From Nitrospirota bacterium (lineage in GTDB: Bacteria; Nitrospirota; Nitrospiria; 2-01-FULL-66-17): DNA of 64,000 nt. The position numbers and the translations under genes are program-made. This document shows positions 46,060 to 56,415 of the stretch, piece after piece (positions within the stretch are counted from its first letter, which is position 1; every line of letters begins with the position of its first letter). The stretch spans positions 50,032 to 114,031 of the forward strand of contig JBMOMC010000045.1 in assembly GCA_049325335.1 (NCBI GenBank). Reading direction: 5' to 3'. The notes beneath the pieces were generated by a model, which was not told the DNA's origin, ran no database searches, and worked only from the letters and a program-made list of their open reading frames with translations.

Positions 46060-46785
46060 TTACTTCTTGCCTTCCTTTTTCTCTTCCTTGCCCTTGGCCT
46101 CGACCTTGGCTTCCGGCTTGGCGCCCGTCGCGGCTTCGCCCTCGACCTTCTTCGCGGTCAACACTTCGGGCTCTTTGACTTCCTTGGGCGCTCCGGCCAA
46201 AATTTCGGCCAGTTTTTCTTCCGACATCGGCATGGTCACGGAGACAATCACCGTGTCGGGATCACCCAGCACTCGAATGCCTTCACCCAACCGCAAGTCC
46301 CGCAGATGCACGCTGTCGCCGGTCTTTAACTGCGACGCGTCCACACGCACCGCGTCAGGAATCAACGAGGGCAGGCATTCGATTTCGACCTCGCGCGTCC
46401 CGTGCTGGAGCACGCCGCCTTCCTTGACCCCCAACGGCGTCCCGCCCGTGATCTCCACGTGCACCCGCAACCGCAGCGCGCGATCCAGCGCCACTTCGAA
46501 CAAATCAATGTGCAGGGGTTTGCCGGTGATCGGATCGTGTTGTACCTCGCGCAGGACCGCCAGCCGTTCCTTGTCCCGCTTCCCGTCGATGCGAATGTCG
46601 ATCAAGGTGTTTTCGCGCGCGGCCGAGTGCAGCAACTTCGACAGGTCCGCCGGATTGAGACTCAACTTGGTGGACTGCCCCCCGCTGTACAACACGGCCG
46701 GAATCCGTCCGACTCGCCGGAGGCTCCGCGCCACGCCTTTACCCGCTGTGGTTCGTTGTTCAACCGCCAATTCGACACGCTGCAT
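46060..46785 (-). CDS. rplY: 50S ribosomal protein L25/Ctc
   Basis: GKGVAR.LRR.GRIPAVLY, HIDL, GVKEGG. Confidence 0.95.
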   Translation of the reverse strand: MQRVELAVEQRTTAGKGVARSLRRVGRIPAVLYSGGQSTKLSLNPADLSKLLHSAARENTLIDIRIDGKRDKERLAVLREVQHDPITGKPLHIDLFEVALDRALRLRVHVEITGGTPLGVKEGGVLQHGTREVEIECLPSLIPDAVRVDASQLKTGDSVHLRDLRLGEGIRVLGDPDTVIVSVTMPMSEEKLAEILAGAPKEVKEPEVLTAKKVEGEAATGAKPEAKVEAKGKEEKKEGKK

Positions 46786-46809
46786 GTGCTGCTCCTTCCT
46801 TTCAGACTG

Positions 46810-47748
46810 TCACACAAACAGAGAACTGACCGATTCTTCCTCATGGATCCGCTTGATCGCCTCGCCCAACAACGGCGCCACGGTCAACGATACGAGTTTG
46901 CGACAGGCTTCTTCCTTGCCGTTGAGTGGCACGGTGTTGGTCACGACCAGGGTATCGATGGGCGAAGCGGTGATGCGATCGAGCGCGGGGCCCGACAAGA
47001 CGGGATGCGTGCAGCCGGCCATGATGGCGCGCGCGCCCTTGTCCCGCAACGCCTGCGCGCCTTGCGTAATGGTGCCGGCGGTATCGATCATGTCGTCGAG
47101 CAACAACACGTTGCGGCCGGAGACCTCGCCGATGATGTTCATCAATTTGGTTTGATTCGGGCCCTCGCGCCGTTTGTCGATGATCGCCAGGTTGGCTTTG
47201 AGCCGCTTGGCGAACGCGCGCGCGCGCTCCACCCCGCCCGCGTCCGGCGAGACCACCACCAAGTCTTCGGGTTCCGCCTGCCGGAAGTGCTCCAACAACA
47301 CGGGCGTGGCGTAGAGATGATCCACCGGGATGTTGAAGAAACCCTGGATCTGCCCGGCGTGCAGGTCAATGGTCAACACGCGGTGCGCGCCCGCGGTGGC
47401 GATCAGGTCGGCGACCAGTTTGGCCGTGATCGGCACCCGCGGCTGGTCTTTGCGGTCCTGGCGAGCGTAGCCGTAGTAGGGCAGCACCGCGGTGATCCGG
47501 TACGCGGACGCGCGTTTGAGCGCGTCCAGCATAATCAACAATTCCATGATGTGTTTGTTCACCGGGTCCGACGCGGATTGCAGGAGGAAGACGTCCATCC
47601 CCCGCACGTTTTCCTCGACGCGCACCAAAATTTCCCCGTCGCTGAAATGGCCGACCGTGGCCTCCCCCAGCGGGATGCCGAGGTACTCGCAGATTTCCTG
47701 CGCCAACGCGGGGTTGGAGTTCCCCGTGAACAGTTTCAATTCTCTCAT
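46810..47748 (-). CDS. prs: Ribose-phosphate pyrophosphokinase
   Basis: [31 protein letters not shown]. Confidence 0.97.
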   Translation of the reverse strand: MRELKLFTGNSNPALAQEICEYLGIPLGEATVGHFSDGEILVRVEENVRGMDVFLLQSASDPVNKHIMELLIMLDALKRASAYRITAVLPYYGYARQDRKDQPRVPITAKLVADLIATAGAHRVLTIDLHAGQIQGFFNIPVDHLYATPVLLEHFRQAEPEDLVVVSPDAGGVERARAFAKRLKANLAIIDKRREGPNQTKLMNIIGEVSGRNVLLLDDMIDTAGTITQGAQALRDKGARAIMAGCTHPVLSGPALDRITASPIDTLVVTNTVPLNGKEEACRKLVSLTVAPLLGEAIKRIHEEESVSSLFV

Positions 47749-47785
47749 CGCGTCACCACGTCATGTCACCCGCGCTCAATCACAA

Positions 47786-47860
47786 TGGTTGGGGCGCCAG
47801 GATTCGAACCTGGGAATGGGAGATCCAAAGTCTCCTGACTTACCGCTTGTCGACGCCCCA
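47786..47860 (-). tRNA. tRNA-Gln(TTG)
   Basis: TGGGGCG...GGAGA-CTTTGGA-TCTCC...GGTTCGAATCC...CGCCCCA-ACCA; standard ispE-tRNA-prs context. Confidence 0.96.
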
Positions 47861-47881
47861 CCATTCGACTCGGCGCCCGCG

Positions 47882-48745
47882 TTACCACGGTGCGCGCCTC
47901 AGCAGTCGCACCACCCATCGCCGCCACGAGGGCGACAGATCCTGACACGCCTCGGCCGCCTCCGCGCGGGTCGCGAACAGCCCGAACACCGTCGGCCCGC
48001 TCCCCGACATGCGCGCCGCGCGCGCCCCGGATTTCAGCAGGCGGGCCTTCATCTCCTCCACGACCGGGTATGTTGCGGCGGTGACCCGTTCCAAATCATT
48101 CGGGATCGACCACGGCACGGCGGGAGGGGCCTCAAACGAACGTGGCATTCTATCGACCCCCCTACCGTTTGTCAATCCAAACGCCTCGAACGCCCATTTG
48201 GTGGACACGGTGATCCCCGGGTTCACCAGCACCGCCCACGGGAACACCGGTCCGGACAAGGATGGCCGCGCCTCGGGCAGGGGCGCGACCCGCTCCCCGC
48301 GCCCGGTGACCCACGCCGTGGGGCCGAAGAAAAAAAACGGCACGTCGCTGCCCAGCGTCGCGCCCAACTCGGCCAGACGAGCACGCGACCAGCCCAGGCC
48401 CCAGACGCGATTGAGCCCCATCAGCACCGCGGCCGCGTCGCTGCTGCCGCCCCCGAGTCCCGCGCCGAGCGGGATCCGCTTGGTCAGGTGGATCGACGCC
48501 CCGCGCGAGCCGCCCGCCTCCCGCGCCAACGCCGCGGCCGCCTCGTACGCCAAATTCCCGGGCCCGGCCGGCAACGGCGCGCCTTCAACGGTCAGAACGA
48601 TCCCGGAGCGGCGCGGCCGGATGGTTACGTCGTCGTACAAGCCCGCCATCTGGAACACGGACTCCAGGTCGTGGTACCCGTCGGGCCGCCGCCCGAGCAC
48701 GCGCAGGCACAGATTGATCTTGGCCGGCGCGCGCCACGTCCTCAT
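47882..48745 (-). CDS. ispE: 4-diphosphocytidyl-2-C-methyl-D-erythritol kinase
   Basis: APAKINL.L, GYHDL, AGLGGGSSDAA, MSGSG; start ATG 48745. Confidence 0.95.
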   Translation of the reverse strand: MRTWRAPAKINLCLRVLGRRPDGYHDLESVFQMAGLYDDVTIRPRRSGIVLTVEGAPLPAGPGNLAYEAAAALAREAGGSRGASIHLTKRIPLGAGLGGGSSDAAAVLMGLNRVWGLGWSRARLAELGATLGSDVPFFFFGPTAWVTGRGERVAPLPEARPSLSGPVFPWAVLVNPGITVSTKWAFEAFGLTNGRGVDRMPRSFEAPPAVPWSIPNDLERVTAATYPVVEEMKARLLKSGARAARMSGSGPTVFGLFATRAEAAEACQDLSPSWRRWVVRLLRRAPW

Positions 48746-49005
48746 CACGCGCCCCCCACCACCTTGGACAAGGACAGGAGGACCCGAATCACCAATGGCA
48801 AGAGCGCCAGCCCGATGCCCACCGCCACGAACACCCGGCGCAACCGCGTTTGTCGCCCCATCCACGCCGCGAGCCGCTCGCGATCCGCGTGCCGATCCGA
48901 CGGCCGCGGCCCCAGCATCCGGTCGTACAGCCACCGCAACGGGAAAAAGAGAATGGAAAAGTAGATCAACCACACGCCGATCGAAATCAGTAAGTCCCCG
49001 ATCAT
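48745..49005 (-). CDS. Small two-TM membrane protein
   Basis: MIGDLLISIGVWLIYFSILFF...VFVAVGIGLALLPLVI; stop overlaps the ispE start. Confidence 0.6.
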   Translation of the reverse strand: MIGDLLISIGVWLIYFSILFFPLRWLYDRMLGPRPSDRHADRERLAAWMGRQTRLRRVFVAVGIGLALLPLVIRVLLSLSKVVGGA

Positions 49006-49196
49006 GCCGCGCTCCCCAGAGGCGCCTACGATAGCGCAGCGACCGGGAAAGACGCAACGCGCTTGAGTCGGACGCGCGCGGACTGCTACAGTGGGAGCGG
49101 CTCGTCGCCTACTCCGAACGGCACGCGCGACGGAGCGACGCGAACGCGGCGATCTCACGGGAACCGACACAACCGAATCGTTTCGGAGGACCGGCC

Positions 49197-49814
49197 ATGT
49201 CAGACATCTATCACCACGAGCACCACCAACTCCAGGAACGCTTCGACACGGTGAGGCTCGCCCAAAAGATGGAAAGCGACCTCGTCCAGGACTACATCAC
49301 GGACGAAGACAAGGCGTTTATCGAAGGGATGGACATGTTCTTCCTCGCCACCGCAGACCAGCGCGGCCGCGTCAACTGTTCCTACCGCGGCGGCGATCCG
49401 GGATTCGTGCGCGTGGTGGACGAACGGACCATCGCGTTCCCCAATTACGACGGCAACGGCATGTATCTTTCGATGGGCAACGTGGCGCAGACTGCGGAGG
49501 TGGGCCTATTGTTCATCGACTTCGAGCAGCAATCGCGGATGCGACTCAACGGCACGGCCGCGATCCGCTACGATGATCCGTTGCTCGGGGAGTACCCGGA
49601 AGCGCAGTTTATCGTCCGCGTCACGGTCCGCGAACTCTTCACCAACTGCCGGCGGTACATCCACAAGATGCAGCGCGTGGCGCGCTCGCGGTTCGTGCCC
49701 AAAGCCGGATGCAAGACGCCGGTGCCGGGGTGGAAGACCGGAGCCTGGGTCAAAGATGCGTTACCAGCGAACGATCCGGCAAGGGATCCGTCCCGAGAAG
49801 CATTGGATCGCTGA
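49197..49814 (+). CDS. Pyridoxamine 5'-phosphate oxidase-like FMN-binding protein
   Basis: FFLATAD, SYRGGDPGFV, FPNYDGNGM, NC.RYIH. Confidence 0.9.
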   Translation: MSDIYHHEHHQLQERFDTVRLAQKMESDLVQDYITDEDKAFIEGMDMFFLATADQRGRVNCSYRGGDPGFVRVVDERTIAFPNYDGNGMYLSMGNVAQTAEVGLLFIDFEQQSRMRLNGTAAIRYDDPLLGEYPEAQFIVRVTVRELFTNCRRYIHKMQRVARSRFVPKAGCKTPVPGWKTGAWVKDALPANDPARDPSREALDR

Positions 49815-49952
49815 GCGCACCGGGTGGATGCGGCGCGTGTGCGCCGGGCTCAGCCCTGCCGACACGACCGACATATTAGGGAGCCAAGTCGAACCATGCC
49901 ACCAAATCCGCAACGGCCCCTCAGGCGCGTCCGCTCAAGCGTCCCTTGCGCT

Positions 49953-50822
49953 TTAAGGCTTGATCCAGATGGTGGTATTCATCGTCCTCTCTGGTGTGAT
50001 CAGTTTCACTGAGTACTCTCCGACCGGTAATGCCTCAAGTGTGACCCGCCCAACGCGGGAAAGCATTACCATGAGGCAGAACACCCCAGGCGGGTGAGGA
50101 TTGACTGGTTCGAGTTCCACGACGATCTGAAAGCCTTCGACTCGAACGTTACCTCCCAGAATGTCACATGAATTTGTCGTTCCTATTCTCTCCGTGATTA
50201 CCAGCGTACTTCCGAGTACCTGAAAACTCGGGAGGGGTCCGCTATCCCGGTAGGATGCGGTGATATCTTCAATGGCAGACGTAATGGGTGGCACGTGGGT
50301 GGTGAAGCTCCAAACATATTCTGCCCCCAAATTATTTCCAGCCAGATCCCGCACCCCATCCGTAACCCTACAGGTGTACGTGGTTCCAGGCGCCAATTTT
50401 CCCGCTGGACTGAATGTAGCTGTCGTAATGGGTTTTGAACTCGGATCCACCGACGTACCGACTGACAGCACTCCGTCGATACTATGGTTGTCCGCTGATA
50501 CCATGAACGATTCGCTCGTTAACGTCGAGGAATCTATCAGCTCGGAAAACCTGACATGGATCGAGTCCGAAATCGGCACCCCGGCGGCTCCGATAGCTGG
50601 AGTGGTGTTTGCAATGGCGGGTGGCTCGGAGTCGATGACCCCCTGATTGGAATCGTTGGCCGCTTCATCAGACGCGCAGCCGACCAATACACTACCTGTG
50701 ATCGTGACCATCGCGATCACCCTCAGATCGGGTATCCACCGTCTCGCTCGTAGGAACCATTTCACGGGCGGCAGCTCCTTTTGGTGAGCGTGTACCGCGA
50801 TCCTGCCTCGAAGAGAATGCAC
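49953..50822 (-). CDS. Lipoprotein with bacterial Ig-like (Big_5-type) domain
   Basis: LVGC lipobox; FSE.ID, F.P...L..GTTY.....GVRDLAGN......WSFTT; true start probably ~50711. Confidence 0.75.
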   Translation of the reverse strand: MHSLRGRIAVHAHQKELPPVKWFLRARRWIPDLRVIAMVTITGSVLVGCASDEAANDSNQGVIDSEPPAIANTTPAIGAAGVPISDSIHVRFSELIDSSTLTSESFMVSADNHSIDGVLSVGTSVDPSSKPITTATFSPAGKLAPGTTYTCRVTDGVRDLAGNNLGAEYVWSFTTHVPPITSAIEDITASYRDSGPLPSFQVLGSTLVITERIGTTNSCDILGGNVRVEGFQIVVELEPVNPHPPGVFCLMVMLSRVGRVTLEALPVGEYSVKLITPERTMNTTIWIKP

Positions 50823-51100
50823 TCAAATCGCGCCATACAGGTGAGGGCGATCGATATTGGTAACGGTATGCTATCCGGACTCGACGCAGCGGGTCAAGGC
50901 TTGCGTCACTTGGCCAAACTGCGCTTGGTGCGCGCGGTCGGCACCGCGGTCCAGGGGACAACATTGGGGACGCTCCTTTTATGATTTGATGGACCAATAG
51001 CAGAAGCAATGAGGCATGAGTATTGTCTGGTTCGTCCGTCGACTGTCGTTCAATAGTGAATACCCATGCCTCACTCCATCTGCCATCTGATCCGAGGGGC

Positions 51101-52018
51101 TCAGCCCTGCCGGCGGTCCACCACGTATTGATTGCCGCCGGCTTTCTTGGCGAAGGTCTTTAACTCGGCGGCGGCCGCGGCCACCTTGCCGTAGTGCGCG
51201 ATCGCGGCCACCGGGATAACCGCGATCACGAGGCTGACGAGCGGAATCTTTTTGACCTGGCCGCCCCGGTCCTTGGCGACGTAGTATCCGTTGGCGCGCG
51301 TCTCGTCGTCGAACAGGCCGGCCGCGACCCGTGTAAAATTGCCGATGATGGTTTTGCACGCGGCGTCCACCTTCTCCATGGCCACGATGAACACGAAATC
51401 ATCGCCCCCGACGTGCCCGGCAAACCCCGCCTCTCCGGCTTCGGTCACCGCGTTGGCCATGATACGCGCTACCATTCGGATCACTTCGTCGCCGCGCACG
51501 AATCCGAACGCGTCGTTAAAGGGCTTGAAGTCGTTGATGTCGAGATAACACACCGCCACGGGTTTCCCGAGCGCGCGCTCCACCGCGCGTTGGATCGAGA
51601 TGTTGCCCGGCAGTTTGGTCAGCGGGTTGTTGTCGAACACGCGCTGAATGCGCTGCATGGCCAACCCCAGTCGGTTGAACAGTTCGGGGTACACAACGGG
51701 ATCGGACACAAAATCGTCCACCGGGCACCGCGCCCATTCCACATCGTCGTGGAGCGACTCGTGCCAGATGCCGAGCACGGGAATGGTGGAAAAATTGGCG
51801 TCCTCTTTGAGGTCGCAGACCAACTTGCGGGCCGGCGCGTCGTCCGTCGGGAGGTCCACGATCACCACGTCGGGAGGATCGGTGTACAACTGGCCGAGCA
51901 CCGCCGCGTGCGGTGACAATCCAATGGTCTGATACCCGCGGCTGTGCAGGCGCAGGCGTAAATCCTCGGTGGCGCCGGGGGCCTGGGCGACGACCGCGAC
52001 TCTAAGCGGCCGCGTCAT
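51101..52018 (-). CDS. Receiver-like plus GGDEF-domain protein
   Basis: NPLTKLPGN, DINDFK.FND.FGF..GD, GHVGGDDF. Confidence 0.88.
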   Translation of the reverse strand: MTRPLRVAVVAQAPGATEDLRLRLHSRGYQTIGLSPHAAVLGQLYTDPPDVVIVDLPTDDAPARKLVCDLKEDANFSTIPVLGIWHESLHDDVEWARCPVDDFVSDPVVYPELFNRLGLAMQRIQRVFDNNPLTKLPGNISIQRAVERALGKPVAVCYLDINDFKPFNDAFGFVRGDEVIRMVARIMANAVTEAGEAGFAGHVGGDDFVFIVAMEKVDAACKTIIGNFTRVAAGLFDDETRANGYYVAKDRGGQVKKIPLVSLVIAVIPVAAIAHYGKVAAAAAELKTFAKKAGGNQYVVDRRQG

Positions 52019-52862
52019 CGGCGGACTGGATCTCGAGGCTGAAGTGCTTGGCGTCCACCAGGCGTCCCTCCGCCTCGTCGAGCACTTCGTTGAGCAAGAC
52101 GTCGGACAGCCCCAAGGTCTTCCACGCGTGCGGATGGATGCGCGGCACGAAGTCGTCGCCGGAAAACCCGAACCCGAACGCCTTGATCAACGCGTCCGAT
52201 ACGTGGACCACGGCGGTGCGGGTGCGGTGCGTGACGGACCGCTCCACGTCATGGTGGCATGCGATGGGCTCGGCCAACTTCTCCGGCAAGAACCAGTTCT
52301 TGGCCAGCCATTCGCCGACCTCGGCATGGTCGGTGGACAGGCGCGCGCGTTCCGCATCCAGCATCGACGAGGGCCCTTGGGCCACGGTCGCTTCCAACTC
52401 GGCGTAGCGATCTTCGAGATGGAGCTTGACCAACACCCGTCCCAGGTCGTGCAATAACGCGGCGGTGGAGATCTCCTCGGGCTCCGGCAACCCCATTTTT
52501 TTGGCGATCACGTTCGCGACCACCGCGGCGCCCATGGAATGTTCCCACAACCCCACGACGTGGCGCTCCATGATTTCAAAAATCGACGAACTCAGCACCA
52601 ACCCTTTGACCACGTTGGCACCCAGCAGGATCAACGCGTTGGACACCGTGGACACGCGGCCGGGAAACCCGTAGAACGGCGAATTCACCAGGCGAAGGAC
52701 CTTGGCCGAAAGCACCTGATCGGCCGAGACCACGCGGGCCATTTCATTGACCGAGGCCTTCTCGTCGTTGGCCAACGTGTTGAGTTTGGCCAGAATCCCG
52801 GGCAAGGTTGGCATGGTGCGGATGCCGTTGACGAACAATTGGAGTTCGTTGCGCGCGGTCAC
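52002..52862 (-). CDS. HDOD-domain protein
   Basis: LSAKVLRLVNSPFYG, LWEHS, ALLHDLG, DHAEVG. Confidence 0.92.
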   Translation of the reverse strand: MTARNELQLFVNGIRTMPTLPGILAKLNTLANDEKASVNEMARVVSADQVLSAKVLRLVNSPFYGFPGRVSTVSNALILLGANVVKGLVLSSSIFEIMERHVVGLWEHSMGAAVVANVIAKKMGLPEPEEISTAALLHDLGRVLVKLHLEDRYAELEATVAQGPSSMLDAERARLSTDHAEVGEWLAKNWFLPEKLAEPIACHHDVERSVTHRTRTAVVHVSDALIKAFGFGFSGDDFVPRIHPHAWKTLGLSDVLLNEVLDEAEGRLVDAKHFSLEIQSADDAAA

Positions 52863-53188
52863 GGGGACTCCGCTCGGCCCAACGTCCGTAGCAGGCGCCC
52901 GCGGAAAATCGTTTTCAGTCGCGCCATCAACAGATCATCACCCACGCGCGAGAATCGTCGATCCAGCGCGGCCACCTGCTCGTCCGGCGACGGCTCGCCC
53001 TCCACCACCACCGGATGCCCCTCCACGACCACCGACGCCACCTCCATGCGGGCGAGGCGTTCGATCAGGGCGACGGTCAACGCGGTGCCCTGGCCGCAAA
53101 TCGGCGGGCCCTGCGACACGCCGGGACGCGTCACGTCGCGCGCCAACACCATACCCTCTGTGGCCAGAGCCAGCGGAATGTGCTGCAT
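52859..53188 (-). CDS. Hypothetical protein coupled to the HDOD gene
   Basis: GMVLARDV...G..LT...IERL; overlaps the HDOD start. Confidence 0.7.
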   Translation of the reverse strand: MQHIPLALATEGMVLARDVTRPGVSQGPPICGQGTALTVALIERLARMEVASVVVEGHPVVVEGEPSPDEQVAALDRRFSRVGDDLLMARLKTIFRGRLLRTLGRAESP

Positions 53189-53260
53189 CAGGCCTCCCGC
53201 CGTGGGTCCGGCGAACAGCGCGACCGTCGATCGCTCGCGGCGCGTTCCCGCGTCCCGACG

Positions 53261-54661
53261 TTACTTGATGCCATACTTACTCAGCCGGTAACGGAACGAC
53301 CGGAAATCCAGTCCCAACAGACCCGCCGCGTCCTTCTTCACGCCGCTGGCGCGCTGAAGCGCCTTGAGCAAGAGGTCCTTTTCGATCGTCGCCATCACGC
53401 CCTCGAGATCAAGCCCCTTGGCCGGCAGCGTCATGGCCACCGCGTCTTCAGCGCTCCGGGGCAAACAGTCGCGCACTTGGTCGGCCCCGATCGTTCCGCC
53501 CGACGCCAACGCCACGATCCGCTCCATCACATTTTCCAACTCCCGGACATTGCCCCGCCACTCCTGTTTGCCCAGCAGCGCAACCGCATCCGGCTCGATC
53601 CGCATGAGGGTCTTACCCATTTCCCCGGCGAGTTTGCGCAAAAACGCGTCAACCAACAACGGGATATCCTCGGGCCGTTCGCGCAGCGGCGGCAGCCGAA
53701 TCGGAATGACGTCCAACCGGTAATAGAGATCTTCGCGAAACCGCCCTTCGGCGATCGCTTTCTCCAGGTCGCGATTGGTGGCGGCCACGATGCGCACGTC
53801 GCTCTTGAGATCCCGGGTGCCGCCCACGCGTCGAAACTCCTTTTCCTGCAACACGCGCAACAGTTTGACCTGGATACCGAGCGGCGTGTCCCCGATTTCG
53901 TCCAGAAACAACGTGCCTTCGTTGGCGATCTCGAACAAGCCTTCCTTGTTGCTGACCGCCCCCGTGAACGCCCCCTTCATATGGCCGAACAATTCGCTTT
54001 CCAACAGGGGTTCCGGCAAGGCGCTGCAGTTGACGGTCACAAAGGGGCGTTCTTGGCGGCGACTGTTGTAGTGGATCGCCCGCGCCACCAATTCCTTGCC
54101 GGTCCCGCTCTCCCCGAAAATCAGCACGTTGCTGTTGGTATCCGCGACCTTGCGGATCAAGTCCAAGACCTTGGTGAGTTTCTCGCTGCGGCCGACGATC
54201 TGCTCGAACGACGCCCGGTCGCGCACGACTTGTTTGAGACGACTATTTTCCGCCTGGAGCTGTTTTCGCTCCAAGGCGTTTTTTACGACCAGTTTGACCT
54301 CGTCGATCTTGAACGGTTTGGTCAGGTAATCGTAGGCGCCCTCCCGCATGGCCTCCACCGCGGTCTCGGTGGACGCAAACGCGGTCATCATCAAGACGAT
54401 CGTGGTCGGCGACGCGGCCTTCACGGCCTTGAGCACGTCGATGCCGGATAACCCAGGCATTTTGACGTCAGAAATCACCAGATCGTAAATCTCCTTATCG
54501 ATCAAGGAGAGCGCCTCCGGGCCATGCGCGGCCACGGTCACTGCGTACCCTTCTTTTCTCAGCATGATCGAGAGCACTTCCCGCATGCTTTTTTCGTCGT
54601 CAACGATCAAGACCCGAAACACGTTGAGAGCCGCCTCCTCGTCACAGACCGCGGTCGTCAC
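53261..54661 (-). CDS. pilR: Sigma54-dependent response regulator PilR
   Basis: Receiver domain, GESGTGKE, GAFTGA, C-terminal FRSFRYRL; pil context. Confidence 0.9.
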   Translation of the reverse strand: MTTAVCDEEAALNVFRVLIVDDEKSMREVLSIMLRKEGYAVTVAAHGPEALSLIDKEIYDLVISDVKMPGLSGIDVLKAVKAASPTTIVLMMTAFASTETAVEAMREGAYDYLTKPFKIDEVKLVVKNALERKQLQAENSRLKQVVRDRASFEQIVGRSEKLTKVLDLIRKVADTNSNVLIFGESGTGKELVARAIHYNSRRQERPFVTVNCSALPEPLLESELFGHMKGAFTGAVSNKEGLFEIANEGTLFLDEIGDTPLGIQVKLLRVLQEKEFRRVGGTRDLKSDVRIVAATNRDLEKAIAEGRFREDLYYRLDVIPIRLPPLRERPEDIPLLVDAFLRKLAGEMGKTLMRIEPDAVALLGKQEWRGNVRELENVMERIVALASGGTIGADQVRDCLPRSAEDAVAMTLPAKGLDLEGVMATIEKDLLLKALQRASGVKKDAAGLLGLDFRSFRYRLSKYGIK

Positions 54662-56358
54662 GACGGCGCGGCCCCCGCCTGCGCGGAATCGCGTGCAACC
54701 CCGGGGTCGTCGGCCGCCCGTGTCGACTCATCCGACGTTCCGGCCGGCAGCGTCACCGTGATCCGCGTGCCCTTGTTCCACTCGCTGTGCACGTCCACCT
54801 GGCCGCGGTGTTCCTCCACGATGCGGTGCACGATCGCCAGTCCCAACCCGGAGCCGCCGGTCTTGGTGGTGAAAAACGGGACGAACATCCGAGGGAGATC
54901 CTCCGGTTTGATGCCGTGTCCGGTATCGCCGACCGTGAGGTGGACCACGGGTCCGCGCTCTGCCGCGACGGCGCGCAGGCGGACGCTCAATTGCCCGCCC
55001 TCCGGCATGGCTTGCAGCGCGTTGAGGACCAGGTTCCAGACCACCTGTCGGATTTGATTGGCGTCCGCTTGGACCCACACCGGCGAGTCGGACAGGTGCT
55101 CGCGCACCTCGACCGCCGGCCGAAAGTCATGGTGCGTGCGCAGCAACGCCAACGTCTCGCGGATCAACCGGGCCAAATCACACGAGCGTTTCCGCGGCGA
55201 GGCCGGCCGCGCGTATAAGAGAAACTGTCCGATCAGCCCATCGAGCCGCTCGGTCTCCCGCAGCACAATGCCCATCAACGCCCCGGGCTCGCCCTCCAAC
55301 CGCAGGTCCTGTTGCAGGACCTCCATCGCGCCGCTGATCGACGCCAGCGGATTGCGGATTTCATGCGCGAGTCCGGCGGCGAGCTCCCCCACGCTGGCCA
55401 ACCGTTCGCGCTGGTGGACCGCGTCCTCCAGCGCCTTGATTTCGGTCAAATCCTGGAAGGTCCCGACCATCCCCATGGGCTCGCCGTTGGAATCCTTCAG
55501 CCACGACAACGTCATGCCCAACAACACGCGTCGACCGTCGCGTCGCGCCACTTCCCGCTCGAACCGATACGGCACGTTGCGCGTGGCGACGCGCGCGTAG
55601 AAGTCGGGACCGTCCTCCCACGCGAAGAGGTCCCAACACGGCCGGCCCAACGCGTCATCGGGAGACAATCCCAGCATTGTATAGGCCGCGGGATTCAACG
55701 ACGTCACGCGGCCGTTCAGGTCGGCGGTCACGAGCCCGCTGCTCATGCTCTGGACGATGTTTTCATGGAACGCGGAGAGGGTCCGAAACCCGGTTTCGCG
55801 TTCGTGGAGTCGGCGCGTGGCGGCGGTGGCGGTCGCCACCAGGTGATTGCCCAACAGGAATACCGCGACGAACGCCACCACGCGCATGACCACCGGCGTA
55901 AGTCCGCTGCGCTGCGCCCACCAGCTCGCCACGTCCACGCTCGACATGGACGGCCATGCCACCGCCGCGTAAATCGCGCTGGAGGCCACCGTGGCGACCA
56001 AGCCTCCGGCGGGGCCCAAGACCATGGTGCCCGCCAAGATCACCACCGGATACAAAAACGTAAACGGGCTCTCGATCCGTCCGGTCATCCCGACGACGAC
56101 GGTGATACACGCCAGATCGCCCGCGAGCTGCGCGATGGCGAACAACTGATCCCATCGCGAACTGAGCCACTTGAGCGCGAGCGCATAGACGATCGTCAAC
56201 GTATACGTGCCGACGATCAACAGGCCGAACAGGCGGGTGGTCGGGTCGTCCGAGCCCCTCGTATTGAGAGCCAAGAAGAGCCCCAGGAACACGGTGACCA
56301 CCACCACGCGGAGGCCGATCACCCACCGCAGCTTCGCTCGGATCGGCTCCGCGCTCAC
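54658..56358 (-). CDS. pilS: Sensor histidine kinase PilS
   Basis: TM region, PAS, AHEIRNPL, PFFTTK.GGSGLGL. Confidence 0.88.
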   Translation of the reverse strand: MSAEPIRAKLRWVIGLRVVVVTVFLGLFLALNTRGSDDPTTRLFGLLIVGTYTLTIVYALALKWLSSRWDQLFAIAQLAGDLACITVVVGMTGRIESPFTFLYPVVILAGTMVLGPAGGLVATVASSAIYAAVAWPSMSSVDVASWWAQRSGLTPVVMRVVAFVAVFLLGNHLVATATAATRRLHERETGFRTLSAFHENIVQSMSSGLVTADLNGRVTSLNPAAYTMLGLSPDDALGRPCWDLFAWEDGPDFYARVATRNVPYRFEREVARRDGRRVLLGMTLSWLKDSNGEPMGMVGTFQDLTEIKALEDAVHQRERLASVGELAAGLAHEIRNPLASISGAMEVLQQDLRLEGEPGALMGIVLRETERLDGLIGQFLLYARPASPRKRSCDLARLIRETLALLRTHHDFRPAVEVREHLSDSPVWVQADANQIRQVVWNLVLNALQAMPEGGQLSVRLRAVAAERGPVVHLTVGDTGHGIKPEDLPRMFVPFFTTKTGGSGLGLAIVHRIVEEHRGQVDVHSEWNKGTRITVTLPAGTSDESTRAADDPGVARDSAQAGAAPS

Positions 56359-56415
56359 GCGCCGGCTCCCACGCCCGGCGTTGGGACGTCGCGACGAGGG
56401 AACCCCGCGCGCACA

